DNA from: Bugula neritina
Lineage: Eukaryota; Animalia; Bryozoa
Direction: 5' to 3'
NCBI GenBank assembly: GCA_964035545.1
Contig: OZ037767.1
Coordinates: 19,918,628-19,982,627 of the forward strand
DNA length: 64,000 nucleotides
Under the pieces are notes generated by a model. It ran no database searches and had not been told where the DNA came from. It worked only from the letters and a program-made list of their open reading frames with translations. Below are positions 22,949 through 36,027 of the stretch, piece after piece (the first letter of the stretch is position 1; each line of letters begins with the position of its first letter). The position numbers were made by a program, and so were the translations under genes.

Positions 22949-24984
22949 TTAGACGTCTGGTAGCGCTAGAAAATAGTATAATAAATAATATTAACCAAAT
23001 GACTTAAAAATTGTGTTTTCCTGTATACGCAATAGAATAAGTAGTGTAGAAGAATTGCTTTATGTCATAGCTATACCTGGAAACTTTGGTAGTTGTTGCC
23101 GTTTCATTTCAGGCTGTGAATCTACAAACGAAAGGAATAATTTACAGCACGCTGAGCCAGCACACTTCTACACACTAATGACTATTTCATGAGTTCGTAT
23201 TGTTGTGTGATAGAGTTGACTACACACTCTAGCTTTTCCAAAGTCATGAATCAACCAGTCAATTTGAAGATGCACCAGTCCATGGTACATAGTGGTAACA
23301 GAAGCCCTATAACTGTGTCAAGGAGCGTCTTATCATGCACTCAGAGCACTTTATAATAATAATAAGTGCCTATTTTTAAATCAGAGCTTTGATTGCAAAA
23401 GATGTGATTAAAGATGAAGCAGGGACATATTTTTAGTGAATGACTAATTCCAAGATGGATTATCTTAATTAACAGAAGCAAAAATTTCCTCAAATGTTTT
23501 ATGTAAAAAGTATTATCTAGCAAATATTATAGCGATTCGATTGTAGATTAAAAACAAATTCTAGTAAATTAAATTAATTTCCTAACGCATTTCCTTTAAA
23601 ACTTGAATTGCTAACATGAAAGGTGATGCTATACCATGGTTATAGTAATAGTCACAATTATATAGCTATATAGTCATAGTCACAGGTATAATTATAGCCA
23701 TAGTTATAGTCATAGTACAAAATTATAGTGTATTCCGTCCTGAAACTAAAACATTAGGCAGTAAGAATAATCTAAAGTCTAATTGAATACTTTTCAAAAA
23801 CTTGAGGCTCATAAAAGTTACAAAAATTTGAATCTCATCTTGTTAGCAACTTACTTAGAGATGGGCGTCGCTGATCTGTGGACAAAGAAACCTCATCTGT
23901 TGGTACGTTGATAGTTATGGTGCCGTCAGGGTTGACGCCCTAAAAGTGAGAGTATAGAAGCTAAATCAAGGCTAAACTCTGGTAGATACTTAAACAGAGA
24001 TACCAAAGTTTTACAATAAATACTCTCTCTTTAGTCTATTATAGGCCTAAACATGTCATGCTCCTATAAGTTTATACGTATATTATAGTACTAATATAGC
24101 ATATGGTAGTAATACAGCATATAGTAGTAACATATAGCGTATAATAGTAATACAGTATACAAAAAGTCTGCTTGGATTAGTATAAAGATTAGTAGAGATA
24201 GCACAACAAAGCGCCCTGATATCTCACAGTCCCCATGACAACTAAGAGTAGATATATCAGGATTAGCGTAATATTTCAACCTGAATTGTATTATACTAAT
24301 CCATGGGATAAGAGCAAACCAAGAACCATACCTTCGCCAACAGTTCCAGCAGTTTACTCAAGTTGAGTTTCACTTGAACCAAAGGTTGGGTAACCGTTTT
24401 TTCATTGGTCGAGATAGGTGATGCCGATGCTACTGCAGAATCTGCTCTTTGTGCTGTAACCACGTCTTGTGTAGTCTGTGCTACTTCTTGTGTGGCCTGT
24501 GCTACTTCTTGTGTGGGCCGTGCTACTTCTTGTGTGGTCTGTGCTACTTCTTGTGTGGGCCGTGCTACTTCTTGTGTGGCCTCAGATGCCTCTATATTGT
24601 GTTGTGGTTCAACTGCTTCAAACCCCTGAGGTATTCTAAGTGTTGAGGCATTAAACCCAATCTGTTGATAACAAAGATGTTTTCATTTATTTGGTGCTAA
24701 TGCATCAATTATATACAGACCTAATAGGCTATGTATTGGCTGTATTCTCCTCTCACACCCAGCATTCATCTCCACTTGTAGAAGCAGCTGTGAAACCATG
24801 GTTTTACAGCTGCTTTCACAGTGATGACTTGAGTTAACACTGATTGAGAAGATATGAACTCACACTTTCTATAAAGTTGAAGTAGCCATTCACGCAGCTT
24901 GTAATAAACATCACACATTCAAACTGTGTTTTTAATGGTCGGTTTTGGTCAATGCCAGCAACAAATATGTTATGATTTCCAAAT
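22949..24984 (-). CDS. 3' part of an unknown gene with TQEVA[QR]x heptapeptide repeats; exons ~24984-24864, 24661-24332, 23939-23855, 23121-23077, 22965-22949
   Basis: Five consecutive exons with canonical splice sites and compatible phases, ending ...PKFPALPDV*. Upstream exons are unresolved. Confidence 0.6.
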
Positions 24985-27590
24985 CTGCTAATATTAATTA
25001 CTATGTTTTGAAACTAGTTAGAAATCTTTTTAACTTTTGAAAATACTAGAAACTGGTTAGAGAAATAAAATCCTCATACTAACTGGGAGAAAGCTGGTAG
25101 ATGCTGATGATAATAACATGGTAAGTAGAAAGACCCTTGAAAGTACTCCTGCCATATCTGTCTACACTCTGCCAACCTCTGTATGCTGTTTATCTGCTTC
25201 CACACCTTAGCAAAAACCTCCAATCTAAGTTCATTATTTTATCCACAATCTTTTATATATTTCTTATGACATTTTACGGCTCACTAAACCAGCCAGCTAT
25301 GACCCATTCTATTGGTTAGTCAGGTAGTGCCCATTGTGATGGTTTAGCGACATGACATTCGTCACGAGTTATACCAATGAGAGGAAGTCATTGCTGAAGC
25401 ACATATTATAATATATATTCTGGCATTAAATTAACTGAAAGATACAAGCTTTTTCATAAATTTTAGACCCTATCAAACCATAAAACATATTGCTGTACCA
25501 TTTGTTTCTCTTTTGTTTCTAATTCTAAAAGTATAAAATACAGTTAAATGCTATAAATTATTAGTTTTAAAAAACTGGCATAAAATACTCCAAACAAAGG
25601 TGTCTAATAAGAAAAAAATAATTCACTCCTCCCACTGGGGTTGCACCCCTAAAGTATTCACTAACTGAGCAGGGATAGTGCACATGTACTATTTATGAGA
25701 TACTAGCCACAATAGCAGTAAAAAGAAATTTTTTAATACTTTATTACAGTCTCTAAAAAAACCCTTCATTGCTGTTTTCTTTACAAAGCAAACCATGCTG
25801 ATTCTCGCACTCAACCATCACTTCCAAGTCAAATGTAGCAAATGAAATGCTACCATGAATAGGGTGGAAATATTGGTTCGTATATAACAATAAATTCTTC
25901 ACACTAGATGAGACTAAAATAAAGAGAAAGAAATGATGCAATTTCCTATATTATTCGATCCTCACCACTTCCTACCAACTTCTGCCATTCCGCTAAAATC
26001 ATGTTTTATATTCTATAACAAATAACTAAGAGTATTGAAGATTTTTGACAGATATGAAAATCTATGTTTTAATAAAAGCTGTACTAAAGTACTTCTGTGA
26101 ATTCACAGAAATTCTTTAGTACAACTTTTATTACAACAATTTTTACATTATAAATGACAAACACGCAGGTTTTTAATGAAGGTTGCTTTATCTTACGATG
26201 GTGAAATTATTTACTTTACTTGTGTACACAACTTATTACCATCTAATAGCAGAAAATTTTCTCTACTTCCAGAACTATCCTGGCATTGAAAAGCGCATCA
26301 AACCCCATGCGCTGTTGCAACAGAAGTGTGAAATTTGCAACATTTGGTCTGCAGGGTTGTTAGTTGAGGCCGAAGACTCATATCCCTGTTGTGATTTAAT
26401 TATTTCCTTTTAAAGCTGTAAGTTATAGTTTTTGAGATAGTAAAATGTTTGATTTAATTTAAAGCAGATTAAGTATCGACAGACAAATCTGCTTAGAATG
26501 TTATAGAATCTAGACAATAACTCAGTGACATGTGACACTGGCCAGGTAGAGGCACCACCTATTGGCTCAGGTAGATAAACATACATCCAGACACTAGTCT
26601 CTATGGATAATCTCCAAATACATCTTGTGGTACAGGGTATGCCCCATGCAGAGTGACATTATACAACCATATGAATCACCCTGGACCACACTGATCATAG
26701 ACTGAGAGAGCTGGTGCCTATAGCCCATAATCTACTATTACCTGAAACTGGCAGCTTCTATCCACAAAGCTATGTTATTAATTTTCTCTCTACCAATTCA
26801 TTAAGATGAAGAGCTGGAACTCCTGCAGGTAATTTAGCAGCTGAGGCGAGAGTCCTTTGGATTCATTATTAGCCGCATGTGAGCTTGTTGGGAATAAAAT
26901 GCTTAACTAATCGTTGAGAATTTTGACTTTCAACTATCCAATTGATCACGAAATAACAGTGTGCCATGTCTTAGAGCAGCTTATAATGTATTACTGTAAT
27001 AAATGTGCAATATATTATAACCATTTATTAGAAGTGTACTCATATAATGCATCATAACAGTGTTTCATATAATATAACCATGTATTAAAACAGTGTTTCA
27101 TATAATATAACCATGTATTAAAACAGTGTTTAATATAATATAACCATGTATCATAGCAGTGTACAATGCATTATATATTAATTTAACGGTGTGTAAGTAA
27201 TCATCATTGAAACCTTCTATCTTTTGTATAACTAAGCAAAAAATTGAAAAGGATTGTAAAATCTGAAAAATACCTAATTATTTGAATCCATTTGTTTAAG
27301 TTAAAAACAGGTATTGGCAGGTATATCTTTATCAAATGGGCAAGAGATGGTTATATTCAGTCTGTGCTAAATAGTGTAAAGTGGTCCACATAGTCAACAA
27401 CATTATTTGCTACCAGAAGAAATACAGCCGAATGGATCAGCACATGTGATTTGATAAAGTGGAGATAATCTGAAACTATAAAATCAAACTATTCAACAAT
27501 GTTTTTCTAGCTTATGGGGAATATAGGATCTGTAGGTCCTTATCATTTGCCAGTCTCTAATGAGATCAGAATCTTCATATACTGTAGCAA

Positions 27591-27740
27591 GTGTCACCAA
27601 CCACCTGTCCACAGTGTCGCCAACCACCTGTCCACAGTGTCGCCAACCACCTGTCCACAGTGTCGCCAACCACCTGTCCACAGTGTCACCAACCACCTGT
27701 CCACAGTGTCACCAACCACCTGTCCACAGTGTCACCAACA
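27591..27740. repeat. 23-bp tandem repeat (~6.5 copies)
   Basis: Unit gtgtcRccaaccacctgtccaca. Confidence 0.9.
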
Positions 27741-27832
27741 CACCACATGCAATTTTCTGCAAGAGTATAAAGTTATCGTCAGTCATTTGCTGACTGAGTG
27801 AGTGAATTGAGGAGTTGTTGGCACAACACTTG

Positions 27833-29170
27833 TACACCAACAACTCCTCTGCAAGATCGTGAAGTTAATTGTTGCACAGTGCGCTATAGCGCTATGCTCA
27901 CACCTTTGAAAACTTTCATTTCTCATTGCTTGTGCTGGAGCTGTTGGACCCAGAAAATTGGCAACAAATTATGTCCAATTTCCTATTCCACAAGCTCCAG
28001 CAAACCACTGGTGAGAGACAAGCAAGGAGAAATGAAAGATCAATTGGTATTTTCAAAACTGTAGAAAATAGCATTCACAGTTAATTAAATAGAGACTAGT
28101 CGAAAGGAAAGTCTGTAGAGCCAGTCGACTGAAAACCGGCCAGAAGATTGTGGGAGTTGTGCTCACTCCTTACACATCTTCCCACTGGTTTAAAGTCGAC
28201 TGGCTCTACAGGAATTTCCTTTCGACTAGTCTGAAGCAAAGAAACTGTGAAGAGCGTCTGACACCATCAATTCAGAGAACACGCATGTTAACTGGATGTC
28301 CGGGGCAGTCTGTAGCATCTATCAGAGTTCACTGATGATGTTGAAGCAGGCCCAGCTGCTGTGGTGAAATTTAGGGTCAGCCGGCTCCTATTGGGCTACA
28401 ACACCACCAAACATGGGTGGAGGCAAACAAGTGAGGCAGACGGCGTTTAGAAGGGAGTAAAACGCCGTCTGCACACTCGGAGACACCAGTGAGACGTGCC
28501 ACTGGGTCACGGTAACTCACTTGTTTAAGCAGCCAATCAAAAGCTGCATATATTCCGTACAATGTAAACTTCACTCACCTGTCTGTACGGCAATGTAGTC
28601 GCATCAACGTATGCCATTCCTTGATCACTCACTTCCGAGACTACAACTCCTACTTCTCTGCCTGTCTATAAATATGAGTAGAGAAAAGTCAGCCATATTG
28701 AAATGACTGAGTGAGCATTATTAGTGTGTACACACTGTACTAACTGACTGAAAAGTGACTCATCACCTACCAGTCTGAAAGTACAAACATATCACGTGAC
28801 ATTCACCTCAGCAGGTGCCCGAAGAGTTTGAGTTTAAAGTTTGATTTGTTTGTTTTTAGAAACGGTATGCTGGGCAACTGATGCCCTCAATTCAGCAAAC
28901 ACGCATGTTAGCTGGATATCAGGAGCAGTGTGTTGCATCAGTCAAAGTCTACGGGTGGACAAGATGCCCAACCGGGAAAAAAAGGGTTCGGTCGGAGGCA
29001 CCAAAATTCTAATGATTCTGGATGTTACCATTCACCAAATTATAAACTAAAAGTCTAATATACCAGATATAATCAATTACTCTATATTATAAGTAATACT
29101 CACTATCCAACAACGCACATGTCATAGCCTTTCCACATTCTCTCCGTCTCCTACAATGTATGTAAGTCAA
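27833..29170. repeat. 1.3 kb segmental duplication, copy 1
   Basis: Highly similar to 30246-31598. Confidence 0.93.
28579..28800 (-). promoter_or_regulatory. Probable Pol II promoter plus short first coding exon (MAYVDATTLPYRQ|gtgagt); paralogous copy at 30993-31210
   Basis: ETS site CACTTCCG (28630), ACTACAACTCC motif (28640), E-box TCACGTGA; ATG 28617 to a strong donor at 28579. Confidence 0.5.
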
Positions 29171-30245
29171 GGTCAAATCATTTCGATTGAATGAGCGAAA
29201 TGCTGATAATGGAAACCTGGCAATATCGTGGAGCAGATGCTAGCAGGGGCCCCTGGTACCAGCTCTTCCCCTACAACATGATGCACTCGTATGTTGTAGG
29301 GGAGTGAGGCCAACGGTGCGAGGCCAAGTCTACACTCCCCTACAAAATGGCACAAGTAGTGTGCCATGTTGTAGGGGATTGTGGGCTTGAGGGCTTTGTA
29401 TGGCTAGTTTAAAGAGTTTAGTTTGAGTTGATAATTTTGTTGTATGACTTTGGAGTTACTCATGAGGACAAGTGACCCTTGGAATCTGGGACAATGCCAA
29501 ATCAAGATCATAGAAGCACATTTCAAATGTCACACTGCAATCATCTACATCCACAGCATCAGAGGTAAGGAAATGTCCAGTTGTGAAATCAAGGCTAGCT
29601 ACAACCGGCAACATGTTCAATACATCTTATACAGCAATACTCTAGTTGCACCCGACAAGCTCTACAGCATACACTCACCTCTCTAGGGCTATCTTTACTG
29701 GCCAAAAGTCTTTGAGCTCTTTTGTTTCAAACTACAAGCAGAGAGTATGGAGTTATTGCATCTAAAGAGGTAAACATAAATGTGGAGTTGGTCTTCAAAT
29801 ACCACTTTTGGGCTACAGCCAACTGAGGTGTTGCCTGAAGTTTGTGAGTGGTTTTGCATACAAATATCGCACAAGGTAAATTTTTGAGTAAAATCAATAG
29901 TTGGAAGATAAAACTGTGTTACACCTCATGCGTAGCAGTTGTCTTCTCAGCTATTTAACTCACCAAATCATTCCAAATGAAAACTCAACCCTAAGAGATG
30001 TGGCTTTTCATCTTGTAGTTAAATTAAGATTTTGTGTGTAACAATGTTTACTATTTTGACAATAATATTACGGGAACGAAGTAAATGATAATGTTTCAAG
30101 AAAGGGGATTCATCAGCTGGCAATTCTGTTGTGACGAACACAATTTCCACACAGAAATGTATACGAACTTAAACTAGGCTAAAACAAAAAGTGAATTTTT
30201 CAACTTAGAGCTAATAAGCTAAACATGCAATAATTATAAGACAAT

Positions 30246-31598
30246 ACACCAACAACTCCTCTGCAAGATCGTGAAGTTAATTGTTGCACAGTGCGCTATA
30301 GCGCTATGCTCACACCTTTGAAAACTTTCATTTCTCATTGCTTGTGCTGGAGCTGTTGGACCCAGAAAATTGGCAACAAATTATGTCCAATTTCCTATTC
30401 CACAAGCTCCAGCAAACCACTGGTGAGAGACAAGCAAGGAGAAATAAAAGATCAATTGGTATTTTCAAAATTGTAGAAAATAGCGTTCACAATTTTTTTA
30501 AATAGAGACTGGCTGAAAGGAAATTCCATTGAGCCAGTCGACTGCAAACCAGTCAAAAAATTGTGGGAGTTGTGCTCACTCTTTACATATCTTCCCACTG
30601 GTTTAAAGTCGACTGGCTCTACAGGAACTTCCTTTCGATTAGTCTGAAGCAAAGAAACTGTGAAGAGCGTCTGACACCATCAATTCAGAGAACACGCATG
30701 TTAACTGGATGTCCGGGGCAGTCTGTAGCATCTATCAGAGTTCACTGATGATGTTGAAGCAGGCCCAGCTGCTGTGGTGAAATTTAGGGTCAGCCGGCAA
30801 CCTATTGCGCTACAACACCACCAAACATGGGTGGAGGCAAACAAGTGAGGCAGATGGCGTTTAGAAGGGAGTGAAACGCCGTCTGCACACTCGGAGACAC
30901 CAGTGAGACGTGCCACTGGGTCACGGTAACTCACTTGTTTAAGCAGCCAATCGAAAGCTGCACATATTCCGTACAATGTAAACTTCACTCACCTGCCTAT
31001 CTCGCATGACCACATCAACGTATGCCATTCCTTGATCACTCACTTCCGAGACTACAACTCCTACTTCTCTGCCTGTCTATAAATATGAGTAGAGAAAAGT
31101 CAGCCATATAGAAATGACTGAGTGAGTATTATTAGTGTGTACACACTGTACTAACTGACTGATAAGTGACTCATCACCTACCAGTCAGAAAGTACAAACA
31201 TATCACGTGACATTCACCTCAGCAGGTGCCCACAGAGTTCGAGTTTAAGGTTTGAGTTTGAGTTTAAAGTTTGATTTGTCATTTGTTTTTAGAAGCGGTA
31301 CGCTGGGCAACTGATGCCCTCAATTCAGGAAACACACATGTCAGCTGGATATCAGGAGCAGTGTGTTGCATCGGTAAAAGTCTACGGGTGGACAAGATGC
31401 CCAACCGGGAGAAAAAAGGTCCGGTCGGAGGCACCAAAATTCTAATGATTTTAGATGTTACCATTCACTAAATTATAAACTACAAGTCTAATATACCAGA
31501 TATAATCAATTACTCTATATTATAAGTAATACTCACTATCCAACAACGTCATAGCCTTATTGCATTATCTCCGTCATCTACAAAGGATATAAATCAAG
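30246..31598. repeat. 1.3 kb segmental duplication, copy 2
   Basis: Highly similar to 27833-29170. Confidence 0.93.
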
Positions 31599-32089
31599 TG
31601 GAATAAGTAAAAGCATTCAACCAATCAGGGCTTAGCTGCTAGTCAGTGATTGGATGATCACTAAACACAAAATTTGAGTGTTCCGACAAATTTATAGCTA
31701 GTTTACAGAGTTTAAAGCTAGACTTGCTGCGCTGTTTGCATAGTGGCTGATGCCATCAATTCAGAGAAAACGAATTACTCAGGGACAATGCGTTGCATCA
31801 AAATGAAAATCCACTACTACAGGTTTACGAGATAGCCAACCGTGAAGAAACAGGTCCATTTAATGTTGCTAATTTTTTTAAAAGCAAATTTAAAATGATC
31901 AACACTACTATACCAGATTGTTTTAATGTTACTATTAGTAATACTAATACTTACCAGGTAGTGGTACCATCAACAAAAAACTCATGACGAGGGTTCATAT
32001 CATTATCAAGTTCAACGTGTACATCAGCACGCTTCCTGTTTGTACGGTTTTAAAGTAATCAAATATCTGTATGCGTGCAGTTGCAAGTA

Positions 32090-32332
32090 CGCTCATGAGT
32101 CATTACTGGAATCAAACATCGATCAACGAATTTTTAATGTTGAGTGAGCAACGAATTGAACTCTAAGCTACAGCCAATGAACTAGAATTTTTTATTGTAC
32201 GAGATTGTAGGACTAGCAAGCAGCTGCAGTGCCCCAACTAAGGCTGCGCGCATACACCGAGCTTTATATACTAGTTATTGTACTGTACCCCACGTGACAG
32301 GGCGGGATTAGGAAATTTTGCAGGGAATTCCC
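32090..32332. promoter_or_regulatory. Transcription-factor motif cluster (AP-1, CCAAT, E-box, GC box, NF-kB palindrome)
   Basis: TGAGTCA, CCAAT, CACGTG, GGGCGG and GGGAATTCCC (32323-32332) within ~240 bp; CpG-richer than the flanks. Confidence 0.35.
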
Positions 32333-33276
32333 TATTTGAAAACTCCAAACCAGGACAAACCAAAATTACGCAAGCAATGCAGCCCAGCTTTGCACCCCAT
32401 TAATAATGCTTGGTCACACATGCACATCAATATAATGTGATTTCTATTTTTGAGAAGCCTGATTTGGCAATTCATAATCCATAGAGAATGGAATTTGTGG
32501 ATCACCAAGTTTGTCAATCATGCCATTTTTAAAACGCAATTGGGCACTCGTGGGAGAGCCAATTTCAGGACTGCTGGATAATCAGTTATACACAACTGCC
32601 CCAGGAAATGGAGCTGCATTGCATTTACCTCTGCGATTTACAGTAAAGCAATAACTGGAAAGAACTGGTTGAGCAGTTTGAATACTGTTGGCTTCCCTAT
32701 TTAGGAGGCTAAAGAAACATGTTTTTGTTATTTCATAACCTAATACAACAGCCATGGACAGGATGTACAGTGCATTATAGAGGCTAGCCTAGCCGGAAAT
32801 CATAACTATAAGCATCTGAGTAAAGCTCTATATTTTTATTTAAGGGGATTTTATCTTTTGGTTATTTCCAGTTTATGGAGTTTTTTCAATTGCCTTGCAG
32901 AAGGAAGTTGTGATTTGGTGGGAGGTTTAGAATTATCAATAAGTCACAAGTACAGCTATTAAATTTTATTATATATAAAAATCAACAAGCATAAATAACC
33001 ATCAGGATTGTATTCTGCACAACATTCTAAATGAGAAAGCCAAAAGTTAACAGAGGTACTATCAAATCTAACAGATTGCCAATTGAGTGATGTAGCAGGT
33101 TGCTGGTGTCATGACTCAGAACATTGCACTTTCAGTTATACTTGTACGGACTGTCTTGAAGTTGGTAAGGACTAGGTAGATCAGGAGGAGCATCCAACAA
33201 ATCTGCAGGTAAGAGCAGCAGGTGATAGAATATGAGAATACAGAGTCAGTCTACCAGCTAATAGTAAAGAATATAC

Positions 33277-33353
33277 TCAGGTGTTCATTGGATATCCTCA
33301 CTAAACTACAGTATGACTGTATTATACTCAGAGTGAGCTAGGTGTATCATCAT
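33277..33353 (-). ncRNA. SNORD29: Box C/D snoRNA, SNORD29/snR71-like, copy 1
   Basis: ATGATGA-TACACCTAGCTCACT-CTGA...GTGAGGA-TATCCAATGAACAC-CTGA. Shares CTAGCTCACT and ATGAACACCTGA with vertebrate U29; targets the A in 28S GUGAGCUGGG. Confidence 0.9.
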
Positions 33354-33530
33354 TCTATATTCTACTGTCTCAATACATGTTTCCGGTACATTATCAACAC
33401 TCACCATGTTCAATACATCATATTATATCAGCTCATAGAGACGCAGCCAATTCCTACAAAAGAGGAAATAAACTAATGAAAGAGAACTACCACTGACTAT
33501 ATAATAACATGTAGTTGAGAAGTAACTGCT

Positions 33531-33593
33531 TCAGAAAGTACCAATCAGCATGGATTAATAAGAGAGCTGGGTTTAGCTAAGGCTGATCATCAT
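33531..33593 (-). ncRNA. Box C/D snoRNA, snR69-like, copy 1
   Basis: C box ATGATGA, D' CTTA, C' ATGCTGA, D CTGA. Guide CTAAACCCAGCTC pairs with 28S GAGCUGGGUUUAG; the +5 rule gives the C2948 equivalent (yeast numbering). Confidence 0.88.
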
Positions 33594-33813
33594 TGCAAGC
33601 TACATGTACATTCTACTAAGCAACATAAGACTCTCGCTTACCAGACACTTGCCAAGAACTCAACCAGATATGTACTAGCAAGTAATATTTCGCAAAGACA
33701 CTGGTGATATATACTCATGGAGACGTGGCCAACATCTACAAGAGGAAAAACAACAGTAAGAGAAAACAACTACCACAAACTACATAATAACACGTAATCG
33801 TGGAGTAACTGCA

Positions 33814-33876
33814 TCAGAAGGTACCAATCAGCATGGATTAATAAGAGAGCTGGGTTTAGCTAAGGCTGATCATCAT
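33814..33876 (-). ncRNA. Box C/D snoRNA, snR69-like, copy 2
   Basis: Same boxes and guide; terminal stem ACTGCA/TGCAGT. Confidence 0.88.
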
Positions 33877-34210
33877 TGCAGTAGAAAACTAATGAAACAT
33901 GAAGCCAATTTGAACCATAAAAATTCATGCAAGAGGAGATTGTAGATTTTAAAAACAGAATAAAGTTTTTTAATAAATAATTACTGAAAAAAACCTTTGC
34001 TGTTTTATAAGCACTTGCAGTATAAAAGAAAATTTCCCAGAGTTACCTTACCTCATATTAATACCAGTATTTCTACCAAATTCACACATCAGGAAATAGC
34101 AGATGATATAATAAGGCTGGTGGGTCAACTACAAAACACACAGTAACTCAGTGTACAATTCAATAAACAGCTCACTGAGAGGAGAGGAGATAACTATGAC
34201 AGACTGGGCC

Positions 34211-34271
34211 TCAGTAAGTTTGGTATACAATATCAGCAGTGACTCAGTAGCAGAACTGAAAGTATCATCAT
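34211..34271 (-). ncRNA. SNORD38: Box C/D snoRNA, SNORD38/snR61-like, copy 1
   Basis: ATGATGA-TACTTTCAGTTCTGCTA-CTGA; CAGTTCTGCTACTGA is as in vertebrate U38 and pairs with 28S AGCAGAACUG; terminal stem GGGTT/GGCCC. Confidence 0.88.
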
Positions 34272-34632
34272 TAACCCAGAAGTCATGGCAGCAGAAACAC
34301 AGGTGAATGTTTAGCATTTAGGGACTAGATGTCGAGTCATCACTCAGGGTTGGGGATAAATGTCAGGTGGTCAAACCAGCAAATTATTAAAATGAAAGGT
34401 TGACAACGCCTATAAAATACCAAAATACTTATATAATTTACAGACTTACCAAAGAGATTACTAGCCAACACAATAGGATGCACTGTTAGTGCATGTGCAC
34501 ACTGACCGTCTTGAAGTGGGTAAGGACTAGGTAGATCAGGTAGGAGCATCCAACAAATCTGCAGGTAAGAGCAGCAGGTGATAGAATATGAGAATACAGA
34601 GTCAGTCTACCAGCTAATAGTAAAGAATATAC

Positions 34633-34709
34633 TCAGGTGTTCATTGGATATCCTCACTAAACTACAGTATGACTGTATTATACTCAGAGTGAGCTAGGTG
34701 TATCATCAT
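34633..34709 (-). ncRNA. SNORD29: Box C/D snoRNA, SNORD29-like, copy 2
   Basis: As copy 1. Confidence 0.9.
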
Positions 34710-34890
34710 TCTATATTCTACCGTCTCAATACATGTTTCCGGTACATTATCAATACTCACCATGTTCAGTACATTATATTATTATGAGCTCATGGAGATG
34801 TGGCCAACATCTACAAGAGAGGAAATACACTGGTAAAAGAAGACAACTACCACAGACTATATAATAACAAGTAGTCATGGAGTAACTGCT

Positions 34891-34953
34891 TCAGAAGGTA
34901 CCAATCAGCATGGATTAATAAGAGAGCTGGGTTTAGCTAAGGCTGATCATCAT
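34891..34953 (-). ncRNA. Box C/D snoRNA, snR69-like, copy 3
   Basis: Same boxes and guide. Confidence 0.88.
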
Positions 34954-35049
34954 TGCAGTAGAAAGCTAATGAAACAATTTGAACCATAAAAAATCATGCA
35001 AGAGGAGATTGTAGCTTTTAAAAACAGAATAAAGTATTTTAATAAATAA

Positions 35050-35106
35050 TAAGTTTGGTATACAATATCAGCAGTGACTCAGTAGCAGAACTGTAAGTAT
35101 CATCAT
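35050..35106 (-). pseudogene. SNORD38-like copy 2, truncated (D box lost at a deletion junction)
   Basis: C box and D' guide are present; the 3' end is replaced by AT-rich sequence. Confidence 0.7.
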
Positions 35107-35179
35107 TAACCCAGAAGTCATGGCAGCAGAAACACAGGTGAATGTTTAGCATTCAGGGACTAGATGTCAGGTCATCACT

Positions 35180-35536
35180 CAGGGTTGGGGTCCATTACAT
35201 GTGAATGTAATTATTTACAATTACATGAAAATTTGTCAATTACAATTGCTATCAAACTGGACAAACAGGAGTGATATAATCTCACCAACTATCGAAGGCA
35301 GATTTCACATGAGAGAAACTTCTTTGTTATTAATTAATAGGGTGATACAATACTACATTTAAGCAATCGGAGCTTTCTATTGACCGGTAGGAATGGTAGA
35401 AAATGTATTAATTTCATACAACTTAAAAATTTGAAGCAACTGTCATGTAATTATAATTAAGTAATTGTAAAAATCAATTACATTAGCAATGTAATTGATT
35501 ACAATTTTATAAATCAATTACAATCCCCCAACTTCA
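35180..35536. mobile_element. hAT-like MITE co-amplified with the snoRNA array (also 37658-37997 and 40952-41291; fragments at ~39763-39838 and ~40143-40218)
   Basis: Termini CAGGGTTGGGG...CCCCAAC(C/T)T; many AATTACA subterminal repeats. Confidence 0.6.
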
Positions 35537-35741
35537 GTCATTAGACCCAACAAATTGCTAGAAAATTGACAGTAAATCTCTGAAATATTAAATATTCATA
35601 AAAACCTACCCTAGTATTTGGCAAATCACTCTTGATGGATTCGCTTAGATGTGGCCAATTCCTACAAGAGAGGAAATAAACTAATGAAAGAGGAGAACTA
35701 CCACAGACTATATAATAACATGTTGTCGTGGAGTAACTGCA

Positions 35742-35804
35742 TCAGAAAGTACCAATCAGCATGGATTAATAAGAGAGCTGGGTTTAGCTAAGGCTGATCA
35801 TCAT
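35742..35804 (-). ncRNA. Box C/D snoRNA, snR69-like, copy 4
   Basis: Same boxes and guide. Confidence 0.88.
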
Positions 35805-36027
35805 TGCAAGCTAAATGTACATTCTACTAAGCAACAGAAGACTTAAGCTTACCAGACACTTGCCAAGAACTCAACCAGATATGTACTAGCAAGTAATATC
35901 TCGCAGAGACACTGGTGATATAAACTCATGGAGACGTGGCCAACATCTACAAGAGAGGAAACATACTGGTAAAAGAGGAGAACTACCACAGACTAAACAA
36001 TAATAAAGTAGTCGTGGAGTAACTGCA

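Noticed and set aside
28100-28385. RNase P RNA (GGAAAGTCTG...CAATTCAGA) or telomerase template (CTGACCCTAA)
   Set aside because: The GGAAAGTCTG word is not conserved in copy 2 and sits inside a long inverted repeat. The template-like word is imperfect, and I saw no pseudoknot.
27833-31598. LTR pair of a non-autonomous retroelement
   Set aside because: No TG...CA termini, PBS or PPT.
34500-34520. SNORD21 (U21)-like guide TTCAAGACGG near RPL5
   Set aside because: Short match lies in a host-gene exon with no adjacent D box or C box.
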